DNA of 64,000 bases. It comes from a virus. The stretch spans positions 5,320 through 69,319 of IMG/VR virus record IMGVR_UViG_3300028584_000286, one strand, 5' to 3'. Positions 54,507-64,000 of the stretch are shown piece by piece. Every line of letters starts with the position of its first letter. The first letter of the stretch is position 1. The translations under genes and the position numbers were made by a program. The notes under the pieces are model-generated. The model had not been told where the DNA came from. It worked only from the letters and a program-made list of their open reading frames with translations, and made no database searches.

Positions 54507-55253
54507 ATGAGCAGAATAATAGAGGTAGGTGCCGATACCAAAAAAGCACACGGAATATTTATTGGTTGGTTAAATACACTTATCAATAATTACATTAGTT
54601 CATTTTATGATGATGCTATTAAAAATATAATTATGCTTTCTTTCATAAGGGAGCATAATTGTTTTATGCTTGAACTATATAAAAATTTTGGCACAGAGGA
54701 TGCAGGATTTTTAACGATGCTACCTACTGATAGTACGAATGGTATTTTAATGGTACACGATGCTATTACTGGTGATCCATATTTGTATAATGACGAAAAC
54801 ATAAATGATATTTTAGAGTTCAATGCAAATGGTATTCTGGTTCGCTTTTTTGAAAATATCGTAATTCCAATGAAAGACAAAGATGGAATATCTGGTGCAG
54901 AGTGTTTTATAACTTTTGAAGATTTTTACGGAGTTAAAGCACCGATGTTTAATGTTCGATATGTTGGGAGCAATCAACCAATAGGGAAGGGCTATTTAGA
55001 TGTTCCTTTTTCTGGACGATACTCTGGAGCATATATGGTTAATAATAAACCTTTGGAAAACTTTGAAAAATATTCTATTAAAAACACATCCAAAGTTAGC
55101 ATTACGTTAGATATTCCAATTCTTAAAAATTTATCTGTACAATATGTTATCAATGCAGGTAGTTCTGTTATTGTTCCTATAACAGAGTTTTCAACCTCTT
55201 TCATAAAAAATGCAAAAGAACTTGGGAATATAGTAGTAATTAAAATACAGTAG
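54507..55253 (+). CDS. hypothetical protein
   Basis: 248 aa immediately upstream of TerL. Confidence 0.75.
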   Translation: MSRIIEVGADTKKAHGIFIGWLNTLINNYISSFYDDAIKNIIMLSFIREHNCFMLELYKNFGTEDAGFLTMLPTDSTNGILMVHDAITGDPYLYNDENINDILEFNANGILVRFFENIVIPMKDKDGISGAECFITFEDFYGVKAPMFNVRYVGSNQPIGKGYLDVPFSGRYSGAYMVNNKPLENFEKYSIKNTSKVSITLDIPILKNLSVQYVINAGSSVIVPITEFSTSFIKNAKELGNIVVIKIQ

Positions 55254-55257
55254 TAGT

Positions 55258-58026
55258 ATGGCAGAGGCGTATGAGAAGGATGCAAGTTTCTCTTTTGTTG
55301 GAACTCCAGAGGAAATAGATGTCGAGCAAGAAATAGCGGATACAACAAATGGTATGTCTTATGACCCATTTAGGTTGGCAGAGGTTTTAGTAAAAATCGG
55401 GCAACAAATGATGGGAGTACAGTTATACACCTACCAAGAGAAACCTGCATTTAGAATAATCTATTCTATATTAGCGAGAGATGGTGCGGAGATTACTATG
55501 CTTTATAGTAGGCAAAGTGGTAAATCGGAAACAAGTACATTTTGTATAGTTACTTTAGGAGTTCTACTACCAGTACTTGCGAAGATATTTCCACAAGAAT
55601 TGGGTCATTTTAAGAATGGTGTAAAAATGGGATTACTTGCACCACAAGGAGAGCAGGTGCAGACTATTTACGCACGATGTATGGAAAGATTACTCTCTGA
55701 ACCTGTTAGAATGTTTTTGGACGACCCAGACATTTTAGATAGTCCTATGTCCACAGTAAACTTTAGACTTAAATCAGGTTCTACTTTAACTGGACAATCA
55801 GCCGCTAAACAATCTAAAATTGAGAGTAAAACCTATCATATAATATTTTTAGATGAGGCACAAGATATTGATACTGAAAAGGTAAGAAAGTGTGTTGCTT
55901 GGGATAGCGAGGTCGTATTAGAAGATGGTACTAAATGTACTATGGAAGAAGCATTTTTAAATGAGAGTGTTCTGTATGGACACGAGGGAAGGATAACCCC
56001 TAAAGAATATATTGACAATGGTGTGCAAGAAGTTATTAAAATTGAACTAACAAATCAGTTTAGTATTGAGGCAACAGCAATTCATAAACACAAAGTAATT
56101 CGCAGAGGTAAAAATGATAATAAACCAATCTTTTTAACCACAGAGGAACTTACTATTTCTGATAGGTTATGCGTTGCAGATAAAATAGAGGCTTTCGGAA
56201 CTATTGGTACTTATGAAGAGGGGTTGCTTACTGGTTATGTGCTTGGCGATGGGCATAGCAAAAACTCTAAAACTCTTTTTTGTGGGTTTCTACCAACAAT
56301 ACGAAGAATTACAGACCTTGTAAAACGGTTTGAGTGTAGCGTAGTTGTACGAAGCAAACAAGAAAAATCCTCATTATATGAGGTTGCAATAGTTGGAGCC
56401 TCTAAAAAAGAAAGTGGGTACAGAACAAACTCTAAAGGAAGTAATGGCTTTATAGAGTATTTAAAGAGTATAGATTGCTATGGATTTACTGGGGAGGAAA
56501 AACACATACCAAAAAAAGCATTTAGTAGAGAATATTATGTTGGTCTTGTAGAGGGATTAATTGAAACTGATGGAAGCGTTTTTGTTTCATCAAATAAGGG
56601 GCATATTAATTTTTCTGGAATATCCGAAGAGTTAGTAAAAGGACTGCAATTTGTTTGCCAAAAATTTGGTGTTCACGGAAATATTTTGCAGAGGGATAAC
56701 TCAAAGGAATTTTCAGAAAACTCAAAGCCTATATGGTCTTTTACTATAAAAGATACAAGGTCTATTTTAGCTTTTTCAGAAAAATTTTCGCTCTATGAAA
56801 AACAAGAAAAATTAGAAGAGGTTGTAAAAATAACAAAAACAAAATCAGATAGAAATACTTGTTTATTATACCCAAGTTCAGAAAGATACTATAAAATAAG
56901 ATCTATTCAAAGTGTAGGCAAAAAACAGACTTATTGTATTGCTTCTGATAGAGATGACCATTTATGGACTGTTAATGGTATAGTTACTCATAACTCGATA
57001 ATACCAATGACAGCTTCTACATTTGGAACTATTGTTCGTACTGGAACACCTAGCAGACAGAAAGGAGATTTTTACTATACTATAAAAAACAATGAAAAGG
57101 TTGATGCTAAATTAAAGTCGCCAAAAGAGAGAGAGAAAAAGCAGTTGCATTTTCAATATGATTACCTGCAAGTAATAGCATCAAAAAAAGAGATGTTCAA
57201 GAGAGATAAACAAGACTTCCACTTGCTTTATGAAAAGTCTGTTTCTAGGGATAAAAAAAGTTGGGGTGAAAACTCCGACATCTTTAGATTAGCTTATAAG
57301 GTAGAATGGATACTTGAAGTGGGTATGTTTATTACTGAAAAAGGGTTAGAAGAGCAATGTTATGACAAACGACTTATATTACCAACTATTGATATTAAAA
57401 CTGATTTTGTTGTAGGGGGATTGGATATTGCTTCGGCAAGAAATAGTACAGTATTAACTACTGGTATTATAGATGCACCAGCAGGTGAGTTTGGAGAAAG
57501 ACCAAAGAAAACAATTTCAGATTGGTTAGTATTGTCTGGAATAAACTATGAGGAGCAGTTTCAAGTTTTAGCAGAAGATTTAATTCAAAAGAGAGTTCAG
57601 GTATTATTCGCAGACTACACAGGAGTAGGCAGGGCATTGACAGATGTTCTTATCTATCACTTATCAGAGTATATGGAAATTATTCCTTATACTTTTACCC
57701 CATCATCCAAATCGGATATGTGGAAGGCATTAGATGAGGATATAATGAATAGGAGGTTAGTTGTTCCTGCACATAAAACAGTCCAAAACAAAAAAGAGTT
57801 TAAGGATTTTGTAGAACAAATGACTAACTTGCAAAAATACTGGAGAGGTAGTTTTATGGTTTGTGAAAAAACATCGGGGTATGAAGATGATTACTGTGAT
57901 AGTTTGGCTTTGTTTAATTTAGCAGGAAACCATTTATACACCCCACCATCAATAGTTGAGGTTACTGAAAATACTATGATTGGAACAGCACACCGAAATT
58001 CAATGGTGCAAAGAAGCCGTTGGTAA
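55258..58026 (+). CDS. terL: terminase large subunit with intein
   Basis: SRQSGKS Walker A, FLDEAQD Walker B, GGLDIA and DDYCDS RNase H-like nuclease motifs. Confidence 0.92.
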   Translation: MAEAYEKDASFSFVGTPEEIDVEQEIADTTNGMSYDPFRLAEVLVKIGQQMMGVQLYTYQEKPAFRIIYSILARDGAEITMLYSRQSGKSETSTFCIVTLGVLLPVLAKIFPQELGHFKNGVKMGLLAPQGEQVQTIYARCMERLLSEPVRMFLDDPDILDSPMSTVNFRLKSGSTLTGQSAAKQSKIESKTYHIIFLDEAQDIDTEKVRKCVAWDSEVVLEDGTKCTMEEAFLNESVLYGHEGRITPKEYIDNGVQEVIKIELTNQFSIEATAIHKHKVIRRGKNDNKPIFLTTEELTISDRLCVADKIEAFGTIGTYEEGLLTGYVLGDGHSKNSKTLFCGFLPTIRRITDLVKRFECSVVVRSKQEKSSLYEVAIVGASKKESGYRTNSKGSNGFIEYLKSIDCYGFTGEEKHIPKKAFSREYYVGLVEGLIETDGSVFVSSNKGHINFSGISEELVKGLQFVCQKFGVHGNILQRDNSKEFSENSKPIWSFTIKDTRSILAFSEKFSLYEKQEKLEEVVKITKTKSDRNTCLLYPSSERYYKIRSIQSVGKKQTYCIASDRDDHLWTVNGIVTHNSIIPMTASTFGTIVRTGTPSRQKGDFYYTIKNNEKVDAKLKSPKEREKKQLHFQYDYLQVIASKKEMFKRDKQDFHLLYEKSVSRDKKSWGENSDIFRLAYKVEWILEVGMFITEKGLEEQCYDKRLILPTIDIKTDFVVGGLDIASARNSTVLTTGIIDAPAGEFGERPKKTISDWLVLSGINYEEQFQVLAEDLIQKRVQVLFADYTGVGRALTDVLIYHLSEYMEIIPYTFTPSSKSDMWKALDEDIMNRRLVVPAHKTVQNKKEFKDFVEQMTNLQKYWRGSFMVCEKTSGYEDDYCDSLALFNLAGNHLYTPPSIVEVTENTMIGTAHRNSMVQRSRW
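55891..56994 (+). mobile_element. intein with LAGLIDADG homing endonuclease
   Basis: Starts at C212 (CVAWDS), ends VTHN579 followed by Ser; GYVLGDG and GLIETDG motifs; 368 aa. Confidence 0.93.
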
Positions 58027-58050
58027 TTAAATTTTTAATAATTTTGCCTT

Positions 58051-59511
58051 ATGTTTGGAAAAGATAAAAGTCAATTAACGAGTTATGGGAATAGCAATGG
58101 AGCAGGAAGTGATTTCCTTCGAAATACTATTCGCTCAAAGGTCTATTCTGGTGATGCCTCAATAGAGAAGAAACTAACGCAATATCAATTGTTTTGGAAG
58201 TATTATAACAATCAGCATTGGGCTGAAAATAATGATAGTTTATTATCATTCAACTATGTTAGGGCAGTAGTGGATAAAATAAATAATTTCATTATTGGTA
58301 AAGAGGGTTTTGAGGTAAATATCAAAAATGTTTTCGGTGATAAGGTAGAGGAGAATTTGGAAAAATACTATGAAGCACTTATTGGGTTTAACTGGAGGAT
58401 GAATAAAAAGAAAACCCTATTACAGAAAATATACCAAATGGGTTCCGTTTGTGGAGATTGCTATGTGTTTCTTTATCCAGATGAAGCCAAAGGCTATGTA
58501 GAGTATCTATTACTTGATAGTAGGACTACTATTCCACTTCTTTCTCAATATAACTCCGAAATTGAGGGGTATAAGGTTATTAAACTTTTAGGCACTAATG
58601 ATAAAGACTTCATCCAAAAGGTTACTGAATATAAAAAAGGTTTGGTTAAAAAATATTTTGTTAAGGAAACAGGTAAGGATGCAGAGAAGTTTGAGGTTGA
58701 GGAAACAACAAACGATTATGATTTTATTCCGGTGGTACATATTGAGAATATACCTATGTCAGATAACTATGGGGGTAAGTCGGATATGGAGGATATTGTT
58801 AAAATCAATAAAATCTACAATGAGATGGCAGAGGATGTTAAGATGATTATTGATTACTATGCTCAACCTACTACTGTTATTACTGGTGGAACTGTCGGAC
58901 AATTAAAGAGAGGTATTAACCAAATTTGGTCTGGACTTCCATCGGATGCACAAGTTTTTAATTTGACACTCGGAGAAGATTTGTCGGCTTCAATGACATT
59001 CTTGAAGTTACTAAAGGATAGTATTCACGATTTGTCTGGAGTTCCAGAGGAGGTTTTATCAAAAGTTCAACATATCTCTAATACAAGTGCTTCGGCACTT
59101 CAAATGCTTTACCAACCTATAATTCAAATTGCTGATAAAAAAGCAGTATCTTATGGTGAGGGAATAGAGCAGATAAATAAATATACTGTTCTTATGTATG
59201 CTTCTAATATTCAAGAAAATGAAGCATTCAAAAAATTAAATTCAACAGAAAAGGTGGACAAGTCTTTTATAACTAAATATGCCCCAGAAACAGTTTGGAA
59301 ATACAATTTACCAAATGATAGGTTGGGAATGCTTAATGAAGCAACCATTGAACTTTCTAATGGTATAGGGTCTAGGCGAGAAGTTATGGAAAGGCTTGGC
59401 AAGGAGAATATTCCAAAGCTAATGGATGAAATAGAAGAGGATGCAAAGTTTAAAATGGATAATGCAGTTAAGCCGAATGATCCAAATGTTGGTACTCCAC
59501 CACAACAATAA
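58051..59511 (+). CDS. portal protein (SPP1 gp6-like)
   Basis: 486 aa after TerL; FIPVVHIEN, SG VP, SASALQMLY. Confidence 0.85.
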   Translation: MFGKDKSQLTSYGNSNGAGSDFLRNTIRSKVYSGDASIEKKLTQYQLFWKYYNNQHWAENNDSLLSFNYVRAVVDKINNFIIGKEGFEVNIKNVFGDKVEENLEKYYEALIGFNWRMNKKKTLLQKIYQMGSVCGDCYVFLYPDEAKGYVEYLLLDSRTTIPLLSQYNSEIEGYKVIKLLGTNDKDFIQKVTEYKKGLVKKYFVKETGKDAEKFEVEETTNDYDFIPVVHIENIPMSDNYGGKSDMEDIVKINKIYNEMAEDVKMIIDYYAQPTTVITGGTVGQLKRGINQIWSGLPSDAQVFNLTLGEDLSASMTFLKLLKDSIHDLSGVPEEVLSKVQHISNTSASALQMLYQPIIQIADKKAVSYGEGIEQINKYTVLMYASNIQENEAFKKLNSTEKVDKSFITKYAPETVWKYNLPNDRLGMLNEATIELSNGIGSRREVMERLGKENIPKLMDEIEEDAKFKMDNAVKPNDPNVGTPPQQ

Positions 59512-59593
59512 AAAAGTTTTTTATAATTGCAAATAATATTTTATATATTTGCGGTAGTTTATTTCATTAAAATTTAATTAATTAGTAGAAATT

Positions 59594-59791
59594 ATGGAAC
59601 AAAGTGCAAACACCAGTGATGGTGTAAGTGGAACTCCACTAAAAGGTCAAGCTAAAGAGTTTGACAAAGGAAATAATCCTGCTGGTATGGGTGGCTTGAA
59701 AGAAGCACGAAATACAGGGGAGATGAAACAAGGAACTGCTTACTTGCGTAGCAAAACAGGTGGTGTTGATAATGGTATGAAGTCTGAATAA
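59594..59791 (+). CDS. small hypothetical protein
   Basis: Gly-rich 65 aa after a TATATTTG box (~59545). Confidence 0.65.
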   Translation: MEQSANTSDGVSGTPLKGQAKEFDKGNNPAGMGGLKEARNTGEMKQGTAYLRSKTGGVDNGMKSE

Positions 59792-59852
59792 GACCTCAAC
59801 CATTTTTTAGTTTAGTACAAAAATTCGTAGAACAATTAAAGAGAAACAAGTT

Positions 59853-60740
59853 ATGCCAGTACCAGAAAAAATCGTAATTGATGGTAAAGAGTACATCGTT
59901 AAAGACCACCCAGAATTGATGGCAATGGTTCAAGATGTTAGAAAAGAAGAGAAAGATAAGCTATATAGTAAAATCTCAACAACAGAAGCAAAGATTAAAG
60001 TTTTGGAAGATGAGAAAAAAACTAATGGTGATTTATCCACTAAAAAGGATGGTGAGTTGCAAAAACTTAAAGATGATTTAGCAGTAACCAAAAAGGAGAA
60101 AGCCGATTTAGAAACAGCTATGAAATCTAAAGGTAAGAAAGCCGATGATGGTGAAGATGAGGATGAGGAGGATGACAAGAAAAAAGGTAAGAAACAACCT
60201 TCTGGAGTAAGTAAAGATGATGTTGCACAAATTGTTGCGGATGCTTTGGCAAAACAACAAGAGGGTTTTGATAAAAAACTCGAAGAGGTAACTGGCAAAC
60301 TTGGAAAGAAAACAGTTGGAGATTATCGAAAAGAACAACTGGCAAAATATAAAGATGTTATCATCGAGGATTTTGTTAGTGAAAATCTTGATAGTGAGGA
60401 AGCAGTAAACAAAGCAATTCAAGTTGCTTTAGAAAAATCTAAAAAATACATTCGAAAGGATGTAGATGTAGATGGTACTAAAAAATCACTAACCTTATCT
60501 GAAATTGAGGAGTTTGAAGCCAACAAGGACAAAGGAGGTAAAAACTCTGGAGGAGATGGTGGCGGAGAATGGGAGGGCAAGAAAAAAGCACCTGCAAAAC
60601 CTGATGGTGGAAGTGGAGATTTGACAGGCAAAGAGTTACTTTCAAACATTGGCAATATGACCGATGATGAGTATGCGAAACACGCAGACGCTATTTTGAA
60701 AGAAGTGAAATCTGTTAAATACCAAGATGGTAACGAGTAA
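59853..60740 (+). CDS. head scaffolding protein
   Basis: Charged coiled coil directly upstream of the capsid gene. Confidence 0.75.
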   Translation: MPVPEKIVIDGKEYIVKDHPELMAMVQDVRKEEKDKLYSKISTTEAKIKVLEDEKKTNGDLSTKKDGELQKLKDDLAVTKKEKADLETAMKSKGKKADDGEDEDEEDDKKKGKKQPSGVSKDDVAQIVADALAKQQEGFDKKLEEVTGKLGKKTVGDYRKEQLAKYKDVIIEDFVSENLDSEEAVNKAIQVALEKSKKYIRKDVDVDGTKKSLTLSEIEEFEANKDKGGKNSGGDGGGEWEGKKKAPAKPDGGSGDLTGKELLSNIGNMTDDEYAKHADAILKEVKSVKYQDGNE

Positions 60741-60771
60741 CACATTTCATTAATCTAAAAAAATAATTAAG

Positions 60772-61677
60772 ATGCCAGGTACTACTACGGTAAATATTCC
60801 AGCAAGTGTAAGAGCGGTCTATTCAAAAGAAATTATTAGACAAGCCCAACCAAAGTTGCGTTTCAGTCAGTTTGCTAAAAAGAAAACTGAATTGCAAAAC
60901 GCTCCAGGTGGTTCAATTAAGTTTACTAAATACTCTAACATTACAAAGGGTGGTAAACTTACTGAAGGTATTAGTATGGATGAGAAAGCGATGAGCAACT
61001 CTGAAATTGCTATTACTGTTGAAGAGTATGGTAATGCAGTTGTAATCCACGAGAAAGCAATTCAGTTATCAATGCACGATGAGCTAAAAGAAGCCTCTGT
61101 TTCTTTGGCAAATGATATGGCACAGGTTCTTGACGAGGAGTTGAGAGATGTTGCCTTGACAACCTCTAATAGAGCATACGGAGGAGGTAAAACTTCTGCC
61201 TCTGCTTTAGTAAGTGGTAACGGTTTCACTACACAAACTATCAAGGATGTTGTAGAGGCATTAGACACTAACAACGCTCCTAAAATTGATGGTCAGTACT
61301 ACATTTGTATTGCTCACCCACACCAATTAAGACAGTTGCGTGATGATAGTGCTTGGGTTAATGCCCACTCTTACGTTGGAGTTGATGGAGTTTATAGAGG
61401 AGAAGTTGGTATGTACGAAGGAGTTCGTTTTATCAGTTCTACTCAAATGCCTCACTTATCTGCAACTGAAAGTTTGGCTAAATATAACGTAAACATCCCT
61501 ACTTGGGAGGCTGTTATATTCGGTGAAAACTCTTATGGTTGGGCAGAAGCACTTCCAGTAGAGATGAGAGATAACGGAGTACAAGATTATGGTCGTAAAC
61601 ACGGTATTGCGTGGTACGCTATCTGGGGCTTCGGGTTGATTGAAGAAAAAAACATTTTTTCTGTATTGACTGCATAA
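60772..61677 (+). CDS. major capsid protein (N4-gp56-like)
   Basis: LRF.QFA, G.SIKF.KY, EYGNAV, HPHQ..QLR, GE.G.Y.GVRF, D.GR..GIAWY. Confidence 0.9.
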   Translation: MPGTTTVNIPASVRAVYSKEIIRQAQPKLRFSQFAKKKTELQNAPGGSIKFTKYSNITKGGKLTEGISMDEKAMSNSEIAITVEEYGNAVVIHEKAIQLSMHDELKEASVSLANDMAQVLDEELRDVALTTSNRAYGGGKTSASALVSGNGFTTQTIKDVVEALDTNNAPKIDGQYYICIAHPHQLRQLRDDSAWVNAHSYVGVDGVYRGEVGMYEGVRFISSTQMPHLSATESLAKYNVNIPTWEAVIFGENSYGWAEALPVEMRDNGVQDYGRKHGIAWYAIWGFGLIEEKNIFSVLTA

Positions 61678-61688
61678 GGAAATTAATC

Positions 61689-61721
61689 AAGTAGGAGGTC
61701 ATTTAATGATTTCCTACTTTT
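61689..61721 (+). terminator. intrinsic terminator after capsid gene
   Basis: AAGTAGGAGGTCAT-ttaa-TGATTTCCTACTT-TT. Confidence 0.8.
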
Positions 61722-61742
61722 AATCATTTTAAATTACAAGTT

Positions 61743-62108
61743 ATGCCAGAGCCACGAGATGCTAAAACAACAGCAAAAAAAGCTGATGAAAAAAAAGAGG
61801 TAGTAGTAGAAAACAATGCACCAGAAAAAGTTGGTGAAGAGATTGTAGAAACTTTTGTACCAGTTGATGATAGTGTAAAAGAGGCTAATACAATAGAGGA
61901 AACTCTTGGCAATTCTCTTTCTAAACAAGAGGTAATCGCAGAGGTGGTTGCACCAAAACAAAAATTATACAAGGTTAAGTTCCTTGAAAATCACGAGTTC
62001 TGTGTAGGTACTGAAAAGCACACTACAAAGAAAGGAGATGTTCTTAAAGTGGAACTTCACTTGGCTAATCTATTCGGACAAAGAAAAATCGCCTATATGG
62101 TGGAATAA
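61743..62108 (+). CDS. virion-associated hypothetical protein
   Basis: 121 aa, disordered N-terminus; head module position. Confidence 0.7.
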   Translation: MPEPRDAKTTAKKADEKKEVVVENNAPEKVGEEIVETFVPVDDSVKEANTIEETLGNSLSKQEVIAEVVAPKQKLYKVKFLENHEFCVGTEKHTTKKGDVLKVELHLANLFGQRKIAYMVE

Positions 62109-62119
62109 AAATATTAGAT

Positions 62120-63007
62120 ATGAGTTTGCTTGTAACACAAATAACATTTCAACAAGCAATTCGTTCTATCCGAGAGGTAGTATTAGATACAAGTCCTGTT
62201 CAATGCTTTAATGTATCTGGGCAGGATTTTTCTTTTAGTAAGGATGCGAATGGAATTGTTTTAGATACGGACAGCTACACTTTTGATGTGGTACAGAAAC
62301 AATATGATTTGCTCCGAAAATTGAGAGCAAAACAGGTTGTGGTGGAAATATTACCAGACTATGTTGCTATTGAAATTAATTCGGAATTAGTTGAGTTCAA
62401 CTATGCATCCATTACGGATAAGAAGTTGGTTGAAAGAGAAAATTATTTTTCTTCTTATGCTATCGAAAAGGTTATGGAAGAGTTTTTTGCTTTTTATGTT
62501 CCCTACGATGGAATTTCCAAAACAGTTGAAACTATGTTTAGCCAACTGCATTATTTGGAAAAAAGAAAAATGATTTTATGGGTTGCTTACTACTTGGTGG
62601 ACAAGAAAAGAATGAATTACGCATCTGTATCAGAAATGATAAGATTGCAGAATGGTTCTTCTGGCGAGGGATGTAGTAATGATAACCAATTTAAGAATGT
62701 AGAAACATCGGTAACTACTAGAGTTGGAGAAGTATTTTCGGTAACGGAAAAAGATGCGGAAACTGGTAAAGGATTGGATGGCTTTACAGACTACTGGGGT
62801 GATAAGTTTGGTTACTTTACTAAACTTCAATTGTACATTCGAAGTATGTTTGAGAAACAATTTCAAGATTATTCATTGAGAGATGATTGTATGATTAGCC
62901 AGTCCTTCAGTATGGAAAAAAATTGGACAAATTCTGCGTGGATAGATACACATAATTTATCTAACTTTACGCAAGATATTTTACAACCCGATAGGGATAA
63001 TTACTAA
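62120..63007 (+). CDS. putative head-tail adaptor
   Basis: Position after the capsid gene; helical composition. Confidence 0.55.
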   Translation: MSLLVTQITFQQAIRSIREVVLDTSPVQCFNVSGQDFSFSKDANGIVLDTDSYTFDVVQKQYDLLRKLRAKQVVVEILPDYVAIEINSELVEFNYASITDKKLVERENYFSSYAIEKVMEEFFAFYVPYDGISKTVETMFSQLHYLEKRKMILWVAYYLVDKKRMNYASVSEMIRLQNGSSGEGCSNDNQFKNVETSVTTRVGEVFSVTEKDAETGKGLDGFTDYWGDKFGYFTKLQLYIRSMFEKQFQDYSLRDDCMISQSFSMEKNWTNSAWIDTHNLSNFTQDILQPDRDNY

Positions 63008-63020
63008 ATATAATTGAGTA

Positions 63021-63488
63021 GTGATAACACCATCTAAATTTAGAAGCATACAGGAACTATTTTTTAAAAAGGTTACACTTTGTTGTAACCCTTCCTCTAT
63101 TAAGTTGAAGTTTATTGTGGTAGCCAGTACAAATGATTACGATAGTTTTACTGGGGATGGAGAACGAAGTGTGGATAAAGAGGTTGAATTGAAGTGTTTT
63201 TATTTAAGAAACATTTCAGATAAACAACGTGAAAAAACAGGGGTCAGTCAAGATGTAACAGACATTGTGTATATTTCACCATTAGACTTAGAAAGAAAAA
63301 CAAATAGTGATCAGTTACCTGATTACATTAGAAATTCATACTCTAACATAATGGTTGAATTTTTGGGTACTAATTATAATGTTGTTAATATAAAAGAATT
63401 AGAGCCTATGCAGGTTGGCAATAAATTTGTGTGTTTAGCTTATCAATTTAATTTGAAAAGAACTAGCGGAATAAATAGTGAGTTATGA
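63021..63488 (+). CDS. putative head-closure protein
   Basis: GTG start; beta-rich, size typical of SPP1 gp16-like proteins. Confidence 0.55.
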   Translation: MITPSKFRSIQELFFKKVTLCCNPSSIKLKFIVVASTNDYDSFTGDGERSVDKEVELKCFYLRNISDKQREKTGVSQDVTDIVYISPLDLERKTNSDQLPDYIRNSYSNIMVEFLGTNYNVVNIKELEPMQVGNKFVCLAYQFNLKRTSGINSEL

Positions 63489-63952
63489 CAAAGGTATCAA
63501 TACGAAACATTAGAGGGCAGTATGCCCCTTTAGACATCTTCAAGTATTTTGATGATGGTATTCGTAAAAGATTGCCTAAAGGAATTGCAGGGGAATTTAA
63601 AGAGGAAATATTGAAAAACGTTGAAACTAATAGGTTCGGTTTTGTGTTGAGTAAAGATTGGGAGAATTATAAGAAAAGCGTTGGTGCCGATAACAGACCA
63701 TTTATAATGTTTAACCATTACAAAAAAGCAATAGAGATTATTACGAGTGATGGTCATTTATCCGTAGGGTTCAAGAAAACAAGTACACATCCAAGAGCCA
63801 AAATGTCTATGGGCAGACTGGCGGTTAGATTGGAGTATGGAGATTTATCAAGAGGACTACCTGCAAGACCTTTGTGGAGATGGACAGCCGATAAATTTTT
63901 TAAAGAACGCAAAGAAAAATTAGGTCGTTTAATAAAACAATCATTGAAGTAA
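63485..63952 (+). CDS. putative neck/tail-completion protein
   Basis: LEYG....PARPLWR motif typical of HK97 gp10-like/neck proteins. Confidence 0.65.
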   Translation: MTKVSIRNIRGQYAPLDIFKYFDDGIRKRLPKGIAGEFKEEILKNVETNRFGFVLSKDWENYKKSVGADNRPFIMFNHYKKAIEIITSDGHLSVGFKKTSTHPRAKMSMGRLAVRLEYGDLSRGLPARPLWRWTADKFFKERKEKLGRLIKQSLK

Positions 63953-64000
63953 TGGGAAAGACAGGTAAAAAAGGGTGTATAGTAAAATCCTATATGCGAA
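63952..64000 (+). CDS. 3'-truncated ORF
   Basis: TAATG overlap; MGKTGKKGCIVKSYMR... Confidence 0.4.
   Translation, partial: MGKTGKKGCIVKSYMR

Noticed and set aside
59930-60745. Antisense ORFs over the scaffold gene
   Set aside because: Shadows of a charged, repetitive coiled-coil gene.
1-64000. Minus-strand ORFs in the track
   Set aside because: Nearly all lie opposite well-supported + strand genes and show no recognisable motifs.
1-64000. Stop-codon reassignment (TAG or TGA recoding)
   Set aside because: Conserved genes are full length in code 11 and all three stops are used at gene ends.

Overview
64 kb segment of a large tailed dsDNA phage genome, roughly one-third GC, with essentially all credible genes on the + strand in the standard genetic code. 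The host is most likely Bacteroidota (Flavobacterium-like): TAnnTTTG -7 promoter boxes, one perfect TTTG-N19-TAnnTTTG promoter, AT-rich SD-less starts, and a Bacteroidota-style signal peptide. Layout: (1) 0-19 kb replication/recombination (loader, DnaB, primase, SSB, RNase H, Pol A, RecA, resolvases, MoxR/vWA pair, Cas4-like nuclease, two HNH endonucleases); (2) a dispersed 7-deazaguanine DNA-modification pathway (folE 5.2 kb, queC 19.8 kb, dpdA-like 21.3 kb, queD 23.6 kb, queE 48.4 kb), plus two stand-alone adenine methyltransferases and an MTase-SF2 helicase fusion; (3) 30-49 kb accessory/early region of small ORFs and repeat-rich non-coding DNA; (4) 49-64 kb collagen-like and fibre-like genes, lysis genes, intein-containing TerL, portal, scaffold, N4-gp56-like capsid and neck genes. 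Most unusual observations: ten genes share an N-terminal M-P-x-R motif; a tandem family of 7-8 paralogs shares P[FLY]W[VIL]QxGD; two transcription units share a 116-bp perfect repeat, a promoter, a conserved leader motif and a boxA-like sequence; an HNH endonuclease carries a synonymously recoded copy of the first 29 aa of the downstream gene; and DpdA is fused to a Cys4/helical C-terminal domain. No tRNA, rRNA, CRISPR array or integrase was recognised. All calls come from reading motifs by eye; no database searches were run.
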